64,000 bases of DNA from the NCBI GenBank assembly GCA_963792395.1, contig CAWBWE010000014.1:229912-293911 (forward strand), in the 5' to 3' direction. Positions 63,001 through 64,000 of this stretch are shown here, in pieces; the first letter of the stretch is position 1; every line of letters begins with the position of its first letter. The position numbers were made by a program, and so were the translations under genes. The notes beneath the pieces were generated by a model. It did not search any database and had not been told where the DNA came from. It saw only the letters and a program-made list of their open reading frames with translations. Source of the stretch: an uncultured Bacteroidales bacterium (GTDB taxonomy: Bacteria; Bacteroidota; Bacteroidia; Bacteroidales; GCA-2748055).

Positions 63001-63211
63001 GATCTACCTCTTCAGCGATGGTTTTCCGGATCAGTATGGAGGTCCAGACCGCAAAAAATATAAATATGGGAAATTCAGGAAATTCCTGCTGGACATCCAC
63101 GGGGAACCGATGCAGAAGCAAAGAGAGTTGTTGGGCATAGAGTTTGATCAATGGATGGGTGAGCACGAACAGATTGATGATGTGCTTGTCATGGGGATAC
63201 AGATCCAATAG
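60024..63211 (+). pseudogene. Sensor phosphatase: periplasmic two-component-regulator propeller repeats plus a Y_Y_Y domain, a TM helix, a coiled coil and a PP2C/SpoIIE phosphatase; one frame break near 60600
   Basis: It has a signal peptide (MLRFPIFMLLLSLSVAAAGQ) and repeated ...IWFGT/IWIGG/LWVC... propeller blades. The Y_Y_Y region reads FRYQLEGYDLDWNY...PPGHYTFRV, and the TM helix is LWFIFGAILLVIIGILFYI. The SpoIIE core carries VSGDFYW...VADCTGHGVPGAFLSMLG...LFSDG. Confidence 0.85.
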
Positions 63212-64000
63212 GTCTATGTTTCTCAATAAAACCGGCATCCATCCAGTAGATGTCGGCATTTCCATTTCCGGGGGAATTGTTCAGTGCCTTCAGATTTTGA
63301 TAGTTCCAGTCGGCCTCTTCGATCTCAATGGTTCTGGTGGCCATAAAGAAAAAGGCTGAGCCATCGGGCGAAACATAGGGTGACCAGCCGCGGGCATTGT
63401 CCTGGTTCACTTGTGCACCCATATTGACTGGTTCCGACCACTTGTCTTCCTGGTCCCTGAAGACTATATAATAGTCGACTCCGTCATAGGTATCTGGCAT
63501 GCCCAGGGCAGGAACAATTATGTAGCTCTCATCCGGTGCAACAAAGGCATTAAAACGATTGGTGCCGCAGTTGACTTGTTCCGGTAACAATTCGGGTTCC
63601 TGGAAGGCTCCGTTTACCCAATTGGCACGAAATACCTGATTCAGAGCGCTCCCTTTCTCATTGCGGGTGAAATATAAGGTTCCGTTTTTGGTCACAGAAG
63701 GAAAAAATTCTCCGCCATCTGTATTGACCGGCTCGCCCAGGTTTTGAGGATAGCCCCAGGCTCCGCTCTGATCCCGTTCTACCACCCAGATATCCTGATC
63801 GCCCACCGGCTCGTCACCGTCGGGACGACTGGAGAGAAAAAAAAGCCTGGACCCATCAGGAGAAAAGGCAGGTTCAAAATCGGCCACTCCCGGTCCGCCC
63901 GAGAAAGGAACAATCTCCGGAGTGGTCCAAAGGCCGTTTACCTCTTTGGTAAACAGGATCGTTGCATAGGTATAATTGCCGATGGCCACACAAAAGTAAA
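63189..64000 (-). CDS. PD40/TolB-like beta-propeller repeat protein (partial; the N-terminus lies beyond the window)
   Basis: It has repeated blades with F(S/V)PDGSxxFF motifs (FSPDGSRLFFLSSRP, VAPDESYIIV, VSPDGSAFFFMAT). Its 3' end overlaps the convergent phosphatase gene by 23 nt. Confidence 0.7.
   Translation of the reverse strand, partial: YFCVAIGNYTYATILFTKEVNGLWTTPEIVPFSGGPGVADFEPAFSPDGSRLFFLSSRPDGDEPVGDQDIWVVERDQSGAWGYPQNLGEPVNTDGGEFFPSVTKNGTLYFTRNEKGSALNQVFRANWVNGAFQEPELLPEQVNCGTNRFNAFVAPDESYIIVPALGMPDTYDGVDYYIVFRDQEDKWSEPVNMGAQVNQDNARGWSPYVSPDGSAFFFMATRTIEIEEADWNYQNLKALNNSPGNGNADIYWMDAGFIEKHRPIGSVSP

Overview
This window is a chromosomal segment from a Bacteroidota-type genome. The assignment rests on a T9SS C-terminal sorting domain, LytTR/His_kinase regulators, and the coaX-OMP-TPR-lptC-corC-ppiD synteny.

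Layout:
- 1-15.5 kb (+): a complete dcw division and cell-wall cluster (mraZ-rsmH-ftsL-ftsI-murE-mraY-murD-ftsW-murG-murC-ftsQ-ftsA-ftsZ), preceded by a phased MraZ-box operator.
- 15.6-26.9 kb (-): ppiD, a CorC/TlyC-type CBS protein, lptC-like, a TPR protein, an outer-membrane protein, coaX and mfd.
- 27-28 kb: fbp.
- 28.0-37.4 kb (-): a tightly packed accessory string. It holds a cupin, a LytTR response regulator, a His_kinase sensor, CotH, a DUF2490-like protein, a TAT flavoprotein, a ferric-reductase-like TM protein, a ferredoxin, DUF4956, a VTC domain protein and a Spy-like protein.
- 37.5-40.1 kb: two tandem DUF1566 lipoproteins.
- 40.2-44.4 kb: lactate permease, glycerate kinase and aspartate kinase.
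- 44.4-51.3 kb: a five-gene synthase-dependent exopolysaccharide-type locus. It encodes a GH-A-like hydrolase with a T9SS tail, an orphan receiver, a TPR+YaiO-like porin, a TM-HEAT protein and a processive GT2.
- 51.3-64 kb: a TAT-signal aldo/keto reductase, two tandem FtsX/MacB-type permeases, a CxxCH-lipoprotein / beta-barrel / YceI triad, a propeller-Y_Y_Y-SpoIIE sensor phosphatase, and a partial PD40 propeller protein.

I found no rRNA, tRNA, CRISPR array, transposase, integrase or phage genes.

Caveat: many recognisable genes, including indispensable ones, can only be read by changing frame repeatedly. I treat this as probable sequencing or assembly indel error, so those genes are listed as frame-disrupted and their coordinates are approximate.

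The best candidates for under-described biology are the GT2/HEAT/receiver/YaiO-like/GH locus and the VTC-DUF4956-CotH-flavoprotein cluster. Neither can be shown to be novel without database searches.
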